DNA from: Histomonas meleagridis 2922-C6/04-290x
Lineage: Eukaryota > Protista > Parabasalia
NCBI GenBank assembly: GCA_020184695.1
Contig: JAANOX010000085.1
Coordinates: 124,001-188,000 of the forward strand
Reading direction: 5' to 3'
Length of the DNA stretch: 64,000 nt
A model generated the notes under the pieces. That model was not told the origin of the DNA and ran no database searches. It worked only from the letters and a program-made list of their open reading frames with translations. Positions within the stretch are counted from its first letter, which is position 1. Each line of letters starts with the position of its first letter. Shown piece by piece: positions 11,148 through 22,205 of the stretch. The position numbers and the translations under genes were made by a program.

Positions 11148-11747
11148 TCAACAACATCGAGAATTTTTCATCTGTTCTTGTTTAACTTGGTTCTTTGATA
11201 CGTATAACTGATATTGGAGAGCTTCGTCTGCTTCAACTAATTTGTTGACAGCAAGATCAAACATCTCTTCAATACCAACACCTGTTAAGGCACTTGTTTC
11301 TTGAACAAGTGCTCCACATTTGTCAGCCAAGTCATTATATTCTTTTGGTTGGATTTGTCGATCACTTTCAAGATCAGCTTTATTTGCAACTATAACAACC
11401 ATCATTCCTTTGTTCCCATAATCTCGAACAAGCTTAATCCATTCCTCTACGTTCTTAAAAGTTGAACGAGAAGTAATATCAAATACAACAAAAGCAATGG
11501 ATGCATTCTGAAAATATATAGGAGCTAATGAATGATAAGCTTCTTGCCCTGCCGTATCCCAAATTCTAAGTTCTATTTCTGTTCCGTCGGCTAACTGAAA
11601 TATTTTTGTTTGATATGCAGCATTTATTGTTGGTTGAATTTCAAATGGAAATGCTTTGGTACAATATTTAACAACTAGGCTTGACTTTCCGACAGAAGAA
11701 TCTCCAATAAAAACCAATTTAATGTTTGGCCTTGTCTTATTATCCAT
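11148..11747 (-). CDS. Rab GTPase (Rab5/21-like or lineage-specific)
   Basis: GDSSVGKS, WDTAGQE, YHSLAPIYF, NKAD, ETSA, C-terminal CC prenylation motif. Confidence 0.93.
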   Translation of the reverse strand: MDNKTRPNIKLVFIGDSSVGKSSLVVKYCTKAFPFEIQPTINAAYQTKIFQLADGTEIELRIWDTAGQEAYHSLAPIYFQNASIAFVVFDITSRSTFKNVEEWIKLVRDYGNKGMMVVIVANKADLESDRQIQPKEYNDLADKCGALVQETSALTGVGIEEMFDLAVNKLVEADEALQYQLYVSKNQVKQEQMKNSRCC

Positions 11748-12122
11748 TGTTTATTGATGTCCGTTAGTGTTGTTTATTTAACGTTCATTTGCATTTCGAA
11801 TGATTTATATTTAACAATAATTTTCGCAGTTAAAAGTGATTCACACACCTAAACATGTTGATCTTCCAGAATTCTAATAACATTATACAATAATTTAAAG
11901 GTAACTCTCGAAAATAATAAATTTATTTTATAGGAATATCTTATTAAAATGAGATAGGAATATAATTTTGGTAATCTGCTATATCTAAATTTTTTGTAGG
12001 AATTTAAATACTTCTCTGGAATTATAAAATAAAAATCTATGATATGAAAATCTTAAGATTGTTATTCCAAGAATTTATCAATTCAAACAAACATTGTGAA
12101 TTAATATAACCGCTTTGGCTGA

Positions 12123-12127
12123 CCTTT
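12123..12127 (+). promoter_or_regulatory. M5-like CCTTT core promoter element
   Basis: CCTTT 8 nt upstream of the RPL14 ATG; in T. vaginalis this motif typifies ribosomal protein gene promoters. Confidence 0.55.
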
Positions 12128-12134
12128 TGTTCTA

Positions 12135-12527
12135 ATGCCTTACACACAATTTGTCGAATTTGGACGTGTCGCCCTCGTTTCATATGGCCCACTTGCTGAT
12201 AAGCTTGCTGTCATTGTCGATATTGTTGATGATAAGCGCGTTATGATCGATGTCATTGGATGCAACGAACCTCGTCAAATGATCCCAATCAAACGTCTAA
12301 AACTCACAGACATTGTTGTCAAAATCGAACGTGCTGCTAACAAGGAAGCAGTTGCAGCTGCTGTTAAGGATGCAGATGCAGTTGCCAAATTCGAAGAAAC
12401 AAAATGGGGAAAGAATCTTAAGGCTGCTGCTGCTAAGGCTCAAATGAACGATTTCCAACGTTTCAAGCATGCTAAACTTGCTGCCAAGCGTGCTCAACTC
12501 GTTAAAGAACAACTTGCTAAAAATTAA
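12135..12527 (+). CDS. RPL14: 60S ribosomal protein eL14
   Basis: FVEFGRVALVSYGP..KLAVIVDIVDDKRVMID; C-terminal MNDFQRFK. Confidence 0.93.
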   Translation: MPYTQFVEFGRVALVSYGPLADKLAVIVDIVDDKRVMIDVIGCNEPRQMIPIKRLKLTDIVVKIERAANKEAVAAAVKDADAVAKFEETKWGKNLKAAAAKAQMNDFQRFKHAKLAAKRAQLVKEQLAKN

Positions 12528-12768
12528 GTAAATCATACCCCAAATGGAAAGCATAAAGTTTGCAAATCAAACGTTCTTTCAACAGAAGTCAATGAATATC
12601 CCAAATTCGAATTGGAGGGAAAAATTAATTAGATGAATATAAAATTCCGTAATTTTTTTTTTTTTTTTTTTGTTAATTATGAAAATGTTTACAATTTATT
12701 ATGTTAATTAATTAGTTAAATTAAATGAGAAATAGTGAACTGAAACCATTCATTAATGTTTATTGACT

Positions 12769-13362
12769 TCATTGCTTGGCTTCGGTTTTTCTGGCACGGC
12801 GGAAACGACGGAACCTACGTGGTCTTGGTGGAGAATCGAAGTCACGCCTAGCAGCACGAACATTAGATTCAGCACCATTAAGTGTGATTTTAGTTACTTC
12901 GCCAACAACCTTATCCCTCTCTTCTTTGGATGATAACTTAACGAAGGCAAATCCAAACCTTTCGCCTTTGTTGAAAAATGGAATCTTAGCATCAACAATT
13001 TTATATGCCTTGAATGCTTCCTTTAAGTTATCAATTGTTGTTCCTTCTGGGATACCACCAATGAAGATAGTATCATTCTTGTGTTGGACTGGAGGTCTAG
13101 CTTGTTGAACATGAAGGTTACGTCCGTCGAGTTGAAGTGTATCCTTGTTGGCATTTATGGCAGCATTGAAGCCATCAACATTCTCGAATTCAACGAATCC
13201 AATGCCTCTAGAAACAATGTTACCACGGAACTTTTCAGATAAAATGCGTGAATCCTTGACTTTACCATAAGTAGAAAAGAATTTGCTGAGGCCTTCAGCA
13301 GTAGTTTTATAGTTAATGTTGGAAACGAAGATTGTCTTTGGTTCCAAAGCTTGAGTTGACAT
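12769..13362 (-). CDS. Two-RRM RNA-binding protein with Arg-rich tail
   Basis: RNP2 IFVSNI / RNP1 RGIGFVEF and IFIGGI / FGFAFVKL. Likely start MSTQALEPK at 13362. Confidence 0.88.
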   Translation of the reverse strand: MSTQALEPKTIFVSNINYKTTAEGLSKFFSTYGKVKDSRILSEKFRGNIVSRGIGFVEFENVDGFNAAINANKDTLQLDGRNLHVQQARPPVQHKNDTIFIGGIPEGTTIDNLKEAFKAYKIVDAKIPFFNKGERFGFAFVKLSSKEERDKVVGEVTKITLNGAESNVRAARRDFDSPPRPRRFRRFRRARKTEAKQ

Positions 13363-13558
13363 GAACAGTGTGGTCGGAAAAAAAGTGCCTTCACACAAAA
13401 AGTAAAATGCCAAGAAATTTTCAGGTGGAAAAATGACAAAATTTCCAAAAATGAACGTTATTTTGTATTGTTTTAAAATCAACAAAGAAAAATAAAAGTA
13501 AACGGAATGTGGCACTTTTGAATAGAATTAGGGCATTCCAAAAAAGTTTTTTTCACCT

Positions 13559-16500
13559 ATGTCTTCAAATCTCAACAATGGTGATGAAGCTAGCAATGAA
13601 AATCAACTAGATTTGGAAAATATGGTTCATAAATTAAAATCAGAAAATGAAAATATCTCAAAAGAATATAATGAAATAATTCATCTTCTAGGTCGTTTTA
13701 ATGAAGAAATTTTTAATTTACATGATTCAATGCAATTAACTTTAGAAAAAAATAGTGAATTTGAAGCTCAAATAGAAATTGATCGTAAAAAAAAGGAAGA
13801 ATATAAGATCACGATATCAAGACTTGAACATGTTAAAGAAATACTAGAGCTTCGAATTAAACAATTACAAGAAGATTTTCAGCAAACTAAACAAATACAT
13901 CAAATGAATGAACAGTTGAAATTTGACAATTACCAACTTGAAGAAAAGATTAAAAGATTTCAAAAAGAAATTACCTTTAATAATGAACAAATTGAAACCA
14001 TTCAAAACCAAAATAATGAATTGCAAAAAATGTTATCTCAAAATAACGAATTAATAAATAATAAAGCGAATGAACAATTCCAACAATTTAAAGAAGCACT
14101 TAGTGAAAAGTTGAATATCCAAGCAATTTATCATATCTTTGAAAATTACATCCAGCAAACAAATGTAATCAAAGATAATTTTAATTCCGAGCAAACATTT
14201 AATGTAATTAAAGAAGGGAACGGACAATTTTTAGATATCATTGTTCATGTTTTTCAAATTATATCTGAAATGACTGGAATCGATCTTAATTTTAATGATG
14301 CAACTCAATTAATCAAACAATCTAATGAACAAATAACAAAGATGTATCTTGATAATATTGGTAAATCCGTTAATGATGATAATTCAGATTTTATCCAAAA
14401 GCTTAATGAGCGAACAAAAGAGTATATCAACATCATTGGCCCACTTAATTCTGAAATATTTGACATAAGAACGGATTCTAATACACTTTATGAAACATAT
14501 CTTTCTACAAAATCTTCATTAAACGAAATTCAAACAAAGTTAGACAATTTGGACAAAGAAAATGGAACACTAAAAATTGCAATTGAAGATAAAAATAATC
14601 AAATTGAATATCTTCAAACTGAGCTCAATAAGAAAAACACAGAAAATGCTAAATTAATAGAAACAAATCAATCAACTACAGGTGATCTCAAATCCGAAAT
14701 TTATAAATTATTTACTGAACTTGAAGAAAGACGTTCCAGAGATGGTGAAATCAAAGGAATTGAAACAGAAAGAACACAAATGATAAATGATATTGGTTCA
14801 TTTGAAGTCCAAATTTATGAACTTCAAACACAATTAAATAATACGCAAAACCAAAATTCACTTTTATTAAAACAAATTTCCGAAATTCGTGAAGAAAAAG
14901 AAACTCAAAAGAATCAATTTTTATATGAAATCGAAAAAGAACGAACCAAATCAATTGAAACTGAAAATCTTAAATGGAAAATTGAGTCACTAATTAAAGA
15001 GAAAGAAATAATATTACAAAGAATAGCATCTGATAAAGAAGTACGCGAAGCAATTGAACAACTTAAAACAGAAAACGAAAATTTGAAGACGCAAAAAATT
15101 AATTTAGAAAAACAACTTCAAATTTCACGAATTGAACATAAGCAATTAACAAATTCCATTTCAAACTCTGAAAACATTGAAATTCGACGTTTAGAAGATG
15201 AAAAACTTGAATTATTATCACGAATTTCAGTATTAGAGTCACAAATACAACTTAAATCAGTGAAACAAAAAGATGCTGAAATGGCATTACTTGAGAAACA
15301 ATTACAACAAAAACAAAAAGAATTTAATGAATTACAAAACAATTTTTCGAATTTACAAACAGAAAACTTAAAACTAACAAAAGAAATTGAGAAAAATAAA
15401 GAAGAAATTAATCAAAGTGATTTGAAATGTTCGGAACTTGAATACCAACTTGAAAAATCACAAAACAAAGAACAAGAAACTATTCTTAAAAATGAGATCG
15501 AACGACTTCAAAATGAAATTAATGTATTTGATCTTAAACATGAACAAATTCAACATGAATTAGAAAGCTCACAAAAAGAAAATGAAGAACTTCACCAAAA
15601 AATTAATATTCATATTGAGAATGAGAAAACGCTTCATGAAATGCTTTCTAATACACAACTTCAAACGACACAATCAGACACTACAAATATAATAAATCGA
15701 GCGCAAATTATTAAGTTAAATCAAAAGATTAGTGAACTTGAAGCAATTATTCGATCACTTCAATCTAATAAAGAAGAATTACTTAATACAATTTCCGAGA
15801 ATAACATACGACATAAACATGAACTTGATATTTTATCACAAAGCATTCAAAGCGTAGATAATAATAAAGCACAAATCGAAATTGTTACAACACTTAATAC
15901 AAAAATTATAGATTTAACTAATAAATCAAAACAATATCTTTCACAATATCAAAATGAATCAGCAGATCATTATAATACAAAACAAAACTTAATAAAATCG
16001 GAAGCAAATTATTCCGAATTATCACAACGTTATCGAAACATTGAATGTGATTATTCATGTTTAATCGAATCACTTACGAAACTATTTAAGTGTATGCCAT
16101 CAACTTCATCAATTATTACTGCTGCTACACGCGCATCTAAAACATGTGAAAGTTATAATAACATTATCGAAAATAATAAAAAACTTGAAAACGAATTACG
16201 TAAAGCAAATCAAATGCCGAACTTTTTAAATTATCGATTAAAACAAACGGAATTTTGTTTAGAATTAGAAAGAAAGAAATGCGATGTATTAAACTTGAAA
16301 TTAAATTCATCGAAAACACAAAAACAAAATTTAACATTCGCTGCTGATTTCTTATTAAATGTAATCGAAAAGGCTTCGGATAAAAACATTAAGTCAATGG
16401 CTTCGATTTTGTTATCGAAAGTTGATACAAATGATGGATCAGATTCTGAATTATGGAATGAATTCGCGTCAATGCTTTTAACACCGAAAGTTGACGTAAA

Positions 16501-16930
16501 ACAAGTAGAAGGATTATTAAGAATTAAAATCGAAGAAAAATTACAAATAATGAACAGAATTATGGAAAAAATTCAAAAACTTGATAATAATTTTAATGAT
16601 GTAAAATCAAAAATTGGATTTTATAAGGCTAAGAAAGAACATAAAAAGAAAATTATAAGTAAATATAAACCACCTTCTACACCAAAAAATATCGGTTCAC
16701 TATACGAAAGATCTCTGAAGCCAAGAACGCCATTACCCGTCCATAACGATCTCGAGGGTACCCCATTCCAAAACCGAAAACCGTTCAGGGTGCCCCTAAC
16801 GGCGATTAAATCGTCTTATGAAAACACTGACTATTCAAATAATGCTTTAGGAAAGAAATCTTCATTAAAGTTGCCAAAGCATAATAGCCCATACGGTGTA
16901 AATCCAATACCTGCTCGATCTTATTATTAA
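13559..16930 (+). CDS. Long coiled-coil protein (cytoskeletal/scaffold-like)
   Basis: 1123-aa uninterrupted ORF rich in E/K/Q/N/L heptads, with a Pro/basic C-terminal tail. Confidence 0.75.
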   Translation: MSSNLNNGDEASNENQLDLENMVHKLKSENENISKEYNEIIHLLGRFNEEIFNLHDSMQLTLEKNSEFEAQIEIDRKKKEEYKITISRLEHVKEILELRIKQLQEDFQQTKQIHQMNEQLKFDNYQLEEKIKRFQKEITFNNEQIETIQNQNNELQKMLSQNNELINNKANEQFQQFKEALSEKLNIQAIYHIFENYIQQTNVIKDNFNSEQTFNVIKEGNGQFLDIIVHVFQIISEMTGIDLNFNDATQLIKQSNEQITKMYLDNIGKSVNDDNSDFIQKLNERTKEYINIIGPLNSEIFDIRTDSNTLYETYLSTKSSLNEIQTKLDNLDKENGTLKIAIEDKNNQIEYLQTELNKKNTENAKLIETNQSTTGDLKSEIYKLFTELEERRSRDGEIKGIETERTQMINDIGSFEVQIYELQTQLNNTQNQNSLLLKQISEIREEKETQKNQFLYEIEKERTKSIETENLKWKIESLIKEKEIILQRIASDKEVREAIEQLKTENENLKTQKINLEKQLQISRIEHKQLTNSISNSENIEIRRLEDEKLELLSRISVLESQIQLKSVKQKDAEMALLEKQLQQKQKEFNELQNNFSNLQTENLKLTKEIEKNKEEINQSDLKCSELEYQLEKSQNKEQETILKNEIERLQNEINVFDLKHEQIQHELESSQKENEELHQKINIHIENEKTLHEMLSNTQLQTTQSDTTNIINRAQIIKLNQKISELEAIIRSLQSNKEELLNTISENNIRHKHELDILSQSIQSVDNNKAQIEIVTTLNTKIIDLTNKSKQYLSQYQNESADHYNTKQNLIKSEANYSELSQRYRNIECDYSCLIESLTKLFKCMPSTSSIITAATRASKTCESYNNIIENNKKLENELRKANQMPNFLNYRLKQTEFCLELERKKCDVLNLKLNSSKTQKQNLTFAADFLLNVIEKASDKNIKSMASILLSKVDTNDGSDSELWNEFASMLLTPKVDVKQVEGLLRIKIEEKLQIMNRIMEKIQKLDNNFNDVKSKIGFYKAKKEHKKKIISKYKPPSTPKNIGSLYERSLKPRTPLPVHNDLEGTPFQNRKPFRVPLTAIKSSYENTDYSNNALGKKSSLKLPKHNSPYGVNPIPARSYY

Positions 16931-17471
16931 TCAAAAAGATTTCTTGATATATCTATCCAAACGAATTTTAAAATATTTAATAAAAACTTTGATTTTTTTC
17001 TTGTAGGGTATTTCAAAATCATTATGCAACATACTAAAGTTGGAATAATAATTTTAAATTAATAAAGACAAAACACTTTATTTTCATATCACAATTCTGG
17101 GATGTCATCTTCAATGCGTTTTTCATATGTTGAATAAAAGTTTCCGATCTTAATGAAAATTATAATCAAAAAATTATCAACCTGATTTACAGGAGATATC
17201 ATGTGATGTCTTGTTTTATAATTCCAAAGCACTATATCCTGTTTGAAAAAGTTTGAATTTGTGTCTGAAATGATCGAAAACCACCAACTTATCAACCAAA
17301 AATCATCTTGGATAAATTAAAAATCAAGTTCATATAGTGATTCATTAAGAATAACGAATATTTTGGTGAACAGAAAGATGCTAAAAAATACGTCACTTTT
17401 TTGAAATTCGGCACTTTTTGAAACGCAAATAAACGTTCAACGGCTGGCACCATTTTTTGCAGGATTTGTAA

Positions 17472-20255
17472 ATGTCTGAAGATCATAATAAAGACTCTAA
17501 ATGGGATAAGATAACTGATGATGACTCCAAAAAAGATCCATCTGCAACAATTGTTATCACTCAACCAACAAAAAAATCAACAAATTTACTGGCAAATGAT
17601 ATTGAACTCACAGATGAATATTTGGATTCAATTCTCCCTTCAAAAGGTTTCAAAATTGTACCTCCTCCACCTAGTTATAATCCTGTTCGCAGAGAACAAA
17701 AAGTCATTCAAGAAGAAGAAAATCCTGCATTTCCACGAGTACCAAAAGAGTTTATAAAATTATACACAGATATGAGACCAGATGAAGAACTTACAAATGA
17801 AGAAAAGAAAGAAAGATCAGTAATGAAATTATTAATGCAAGTTAAAGATGGGACACCATTTGAACGTAAGAAAGGACTTCGTATCCTTACAACTCATGCA
17901 GCTGATTTTGGTGCACCACTTATCTTTTCTAAGCTTCTTCCGTTACTTTCTTCCAAAGTATTATCAGATCATGAAAGACATGTTCTTGTTAAAACCATTG
18001 ATCGTCTTATGTATCGCCTTACCAACACTATGCGAGAATATGTACCACAACTTTTAGCTTTCATGGGCAAAATGTTAATTGATCAAGATGCTTTAGCTCG
18101 TGCCGAAGCGCGAGAAGTTGTCAGCAATCTTTCCAAACTTAGTGGTTTACCAGTCGTTCTTCATTCCCTTCGTTCAGGCTTAGATAGCGAAGACAAAACT
18201 GTTCGTGAAATAACCGCCCAAACGATCACAACCGCCGCTACATCACTTGGGATACCCTCAATTATACCCTTTTTACGAGCAGCTATTCATACGAAGAAAT
18301 CATGGCGCATTCGTCACACAGGTGTTCGTATTATTGAATCTATATGTTATCAAATCGGAGGAGGTATTTTACCATTTCTTAATGATTTAGTTGAAATCAT
18401 ATTAACAGCGTTAAGTGATGATAATCCATCAGTTGTATCAGCTGCAATTCGCTGTGTTACGACTATGGCAGAATCGTCAGCTCCATATGGCGGAAATGCG
18501 TTTAATGAAATCATACCAATTATATGGAACGGAACCAAAAATTATGAAACGAGTCGAAACTGTATGAAAGCAGTCGGCGCGTTATTAATGACAATGGATC
18601 AAAGTGTTGCATCGTTTCATTTTCGAGAGATGTATTCCAGTATCATTAATCAATTCTCATCACTCAGTGGCAAAGACAAATATATATCATTAATAGTCTT
18701 CGAACGCGCATTAGAAAAAGGCGCAGTTGATATTAAGCAACTTGAAGACATTACAGGAATATACTTTAAAGCATTTTGGAATCAACGGACAATGTTAGAA
18801 AAGAAATTAACAACACATTTAGTTAATGTTACAAGTTTAATAGCTACAAAAACATCATTCCGAGAAATTATTGATCGAATATTCCAAAACTTTAAACAAG
18901 GTTCACCTGAATTACGTAATTTAACAATCGAAACATTTAATAAGATCATAGAGAACAATACAACAATTAACATAACAGTCTTAACGCAACATCAAATCGA
19001 GAAAATCGTCGACGATTTAATATTCGCGTTAAATGATCTTAAAGAAAATGAAGAACGTAAAAACAAATTATATTTAAAATGCTTAACAAATTTTGTTAAC
19101 TTATTGGGGCCACGAATTGAACCTTTATTACAAGATATTAGTTCGCGTATTATGAACAATTTACATGTGCCAAAACATAATACACGAAAACAAGCAGCGG
19201 AATTACTTTCGATCTTTGCGAAATCATTTGTTGAATATAACAACAAAAAAGTCATATTACATTTCTATGGAATATTACAAGAATTTATGGGAGAAGAATA
19301 CCCTGATGTATTAGCTGCAATATTAGATGCTACAAGTATTATCATTGACTTATTAGATAAATCTGAATTAGATCCACCACCTGAAGAGATAATCTCGAGA
19401 ATGGTTCCAATATTAAAGAATCGTAATGATAAAGTTGCGTATGCAAGTGTAAACTTAATTAAAAACCTTTCAATGAAAGCAGTGATAGTCCAAAAGAAAG
19501 AATGGATGAGAATATGTTTCGAATTATTGGAATTATTAAAGGCCGAGAAACGTAAAGTTCGAATGGGTGCAATTGAAGCATTTTCTTGTATAGCAAAATC
19601 TTTAGGTCCATTTGATGTGCTTTTGGCACTTTTGAATAATCTACAAGTACAAGAAAGACAAATACGTTTATGTACTACAACGGCCATAGCGGTTTTGGCC
19701 GAAAAGTGCGGGCCATATAATATTTTGCCAGCGCTTATGAACGAGTATCGTACTCCGGACTCTAACGTTCAAAACGGTTCTTTGAAAGCTTTACAATTCT
19801 TGTTCCAGACGATAGGGAGTCAATGTGCTGATTATGCTTATGCATTAACTCCTTTGTTAACACATGCTTTAATCGAAAGAGATGCGACACATAGACAACT
19901 TGCTTGCCAAGCTGTGAAGAATTTCGCATTGGGATTATTCGCAAGTGGGAAAGAAGACATTTTAATACACTTGTTAAATCACGTGGTTCCAAACGTGTTG
20001 GAGTCAACAATGCACTTCATAGACGCAGTAATGGACGCAATAGATGCAATAAGAGTATCCGTTGGGCCGGGAATTGTGCTGCAGTACACGTTGGGAGGAC
20101 TGTTTCACCCCGCGAGGAAAGTCAGAAGCCAATTCTGGAGGATTTATAACAACATGGTGATATACAGCGGAGACGCTTTGGTGCCTTGTTACCCAATGTT
20201 GGAAAATACTCCAACAAATAATTATCATAGAGATGAGTTCGACGTATTTGTATGA
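17472..20255 (+). CDS. SF3B1: U2 snRNP splicing factor 3B subunit 1 (Hsh155), short N-terminus
   Basis: GFKIVPPPPSYNPVR, KKSWRIRHTG, HEAT array, QERQIRLCTTTAIA, GLFHPARKVR, C-terminal YHRDEFDVFV. Confidence 0.95.
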   Translation: MSEDHNKDSKWDKITDDDSKKDPSATIVITQPTKKSTNLLANDIELTDEYLDSILPSKGFKIVPPPPSYNPVRREQKVIQEEENPAFPRVPKEFIKLYTDMRPDEELTNEEKKERSVMKLLMQVKDGTPFERKKGLRILTTHAADFGAPLIFSKLLPLLSSKVLSDHERHVLVKTIDRLMYRLTNTMREYVPQLLAFMGKMLIDQDALARAEAREVVSNLSKLSGLPVVLHSLRSGLDSEDKTVREITAQTITTAATSLGIPSIIPFLRAAIHTKKSWRIRHTGVRIIESICYQIGGGILPFLNDLVEIILTALSDDNPSVVSAAIRCVTTMAESSAPYGGNAFNEIIPIIWNGTKNYETSRNCMKAVGALLMTMDQSVASFHFREMYSSIINQFSSLSGKDKYISLIVFERALEKGAVDIKQLEDITGIYFKAFWNQRTMLEKKLTTHLVNVTSLIATKTSFREIIDRIFQNFKQGSPELRNLTIETFNKIIENNTTINITVLTQHQIEKIVDDLIFALNDLKENEERKNKLYLKCLTNFVNLLGPRIEPLLQDISSRIMNNLHVPKHNTRKQAAELLSIFAKSFVEYNNKKVILHFYGILQEFMGEEYPDVLAAILDATSIIIDLLDKSELDPPPEEIISRMVPILKNRNDKVAYASVNLIKNLSMKAVIVQKKEWMRICFELLELLKAEKRKVRMGAIEAFSCIAKSLGPFDVLLALLNNLQVQERQIRLCTTTAIAVLAEKCGPYNILPALMNEYRTPDSNVQNGSLKALQFLFQTIGSQCADYAYALTPLLTHALIERDATHRQLACQAVKNFALGLFASGKEDILIHLLNHVVPNVLESTMHFIDAVMDAIDAIRVSVGPGIVLQYTLGGLFHPARKVRSQFWRIYNNMVIYSGDALVPCYPMLENTPTNNYHRDEFDVFV

Positions 20256-20542
20256 AATAATAATAAATTCGAATTTTTAAAGATCTTTTGAATATAAAAT
20301 AGAATTTATTATGTCGCAATGAATTAATGGCTGCGTGCGATGAATATAAGCACAGAGGTGAGTGCATAACTAATTAAAAAAGAAAATTTTATATTCCCAA
20401 ATAAAAATCGTTTTTTATCTTTAAGTTAACTTTTCTTGATTAAAGCAAAAGCCAAGACAAATGTTTTTTTTGACAATATCAACTTCAGATATTATTGGAA
20501 ATGATAAAATGTAAAAATTTTTATTTTGTTATTTTCGTTGGC

Positions 20543-21692
20543 TCAGTATGGTATATTAAACAAATTCGCAATTTCTTGCTCAGCTTTTTGCACTATGCTA
20601 AAACGATTTATATCGTGAATGCATTCCAAGAAAAATGCGATCTTTCCCATTGTTAAAATTGTCTTATTTTCTCTCATTTTAGAAGTAATATCTTTAATTC
20701 TTCTCACGAAGTTGTAGTTTTCATTATTAAAGTCGAAATTTGCATTTTGAATCCACAGCTTGAAATCTTGTGGATATTCACAAATAGCAATCATATGCGG
20801 GTAATATAATTTAAGAGACTTTAAAGATGTATTTGCTAAATTAACTTCAATGTATGTTCCTGTGCCATCATATGCAGATGGAACCCATTCACAAAATGTA
20901 CCATTACATTCAATGATTTTTGAAGCTCTTGCCATAAGCTCTGCTTGCTTGAACTGTGTAAGGTTCTTAAGCGGTGAGAACTTAGAGTCCGCTAATCGAC
21001 TTGTTAAATAAACAGGTTGATTTTTGAGAATCTTTTCTCGTACTTGAGATGCAATACTTACAAATTGATGAGAATTAACAAAACCTTCTTCCAGCCAATA
21101 TTTGTAGGATCGAGGATCCTCGCAAATCGTAATGATTTCTGCAATGTCGAATGTTCTCTTTAAGCTTTGGCCATTATATTGATATGAAATCGCGATTCGA
21201 GGACCATTAGTAATATCACTTGGATGCCATGTTTCTTCCCTTACTGGTGGAGGTGGGTTGTTTGGACGTGTTGTGCATTGATTTCTTTGTTGTTTTTGCA
21301 TTTCCTGTCGTTTCTTCTCTTCAAGTGCTTTTTGCTGTAACATTTTTTGTTTTTCTTGGTATATATAACTCAGGTATTCATTACCTCGTCTTTGTCTTTC
21401 TAAATCTTCTTCATGTTGTCTTCTTAATTCAGCAATATAATCTTCCCAACTTCTATTGGATGCATTGTTACTCGAACTCGAATTTTTATATTTTTCAGCC
21501 ATTTCTTGACGTTGTCTTCTTAGTTCTTCCTTTCGTTCGCGCTTTGCTTCTTCTTTTTCTCTTTCTCGTTGGGCTCTTTCCTTTTGTTTTTCACGAAGAA
21601 ATGCATTATATTCTTCTTTATAACGAGACTCACTCCAAAACTGAGTTTCATAATCAGGATGTTTTTTGCTAAACTCATATAAATCGCTCATG
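20543..21692 (-). CDS. Hypothetical protein with charged coiled coil and duplicated C-terminal unit
   Basis: Long ORF; likely start MSDLYEF at 21692 after TCACA; no family recognised. Confidence 0.65.
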
Positions 21693-22205
21693 AGTGTGAA
21701 AGCAGGTAAATAAACCTTTAGTTGAATGACATCATAGAATTTTGAAAAATTTAATCTCAAATTTTCTAATAAAATTAAACTGATAAATGTCGTGGAATGA
21801 AGTCAAAAAGCTACAAAATCATCCAACGACGATTCAAAAATGACTATGCAAACTTTTTCAAAGGTTACTTTTCATTTTGTTGCGCGTATGAACTATTATT
21901 AATAATCCAATTAAACACACTTAAAAAATTTCCAAATTTAATATTTTTTTTTCTCTTGAAATTTTTTCACAATGTTTTATGATAATTTGAATGATACAGA
22001 TCTATCCAAGAAAATACGCCAATTGACCGGGAAATATTGAACATGGTCGGGTAATTTATAAAAACATTATTCCTTCTCAAAACAAATATCATATGAATGT
22101 TTAGGATATATTGTTTGTCATCCTTATGATTTCATTCAATGTAAGCCGTTTACTATTTGAGATATTTTCATCGACCGTTTACTCTTCGACCAAAATCATT
22201 TTCTT

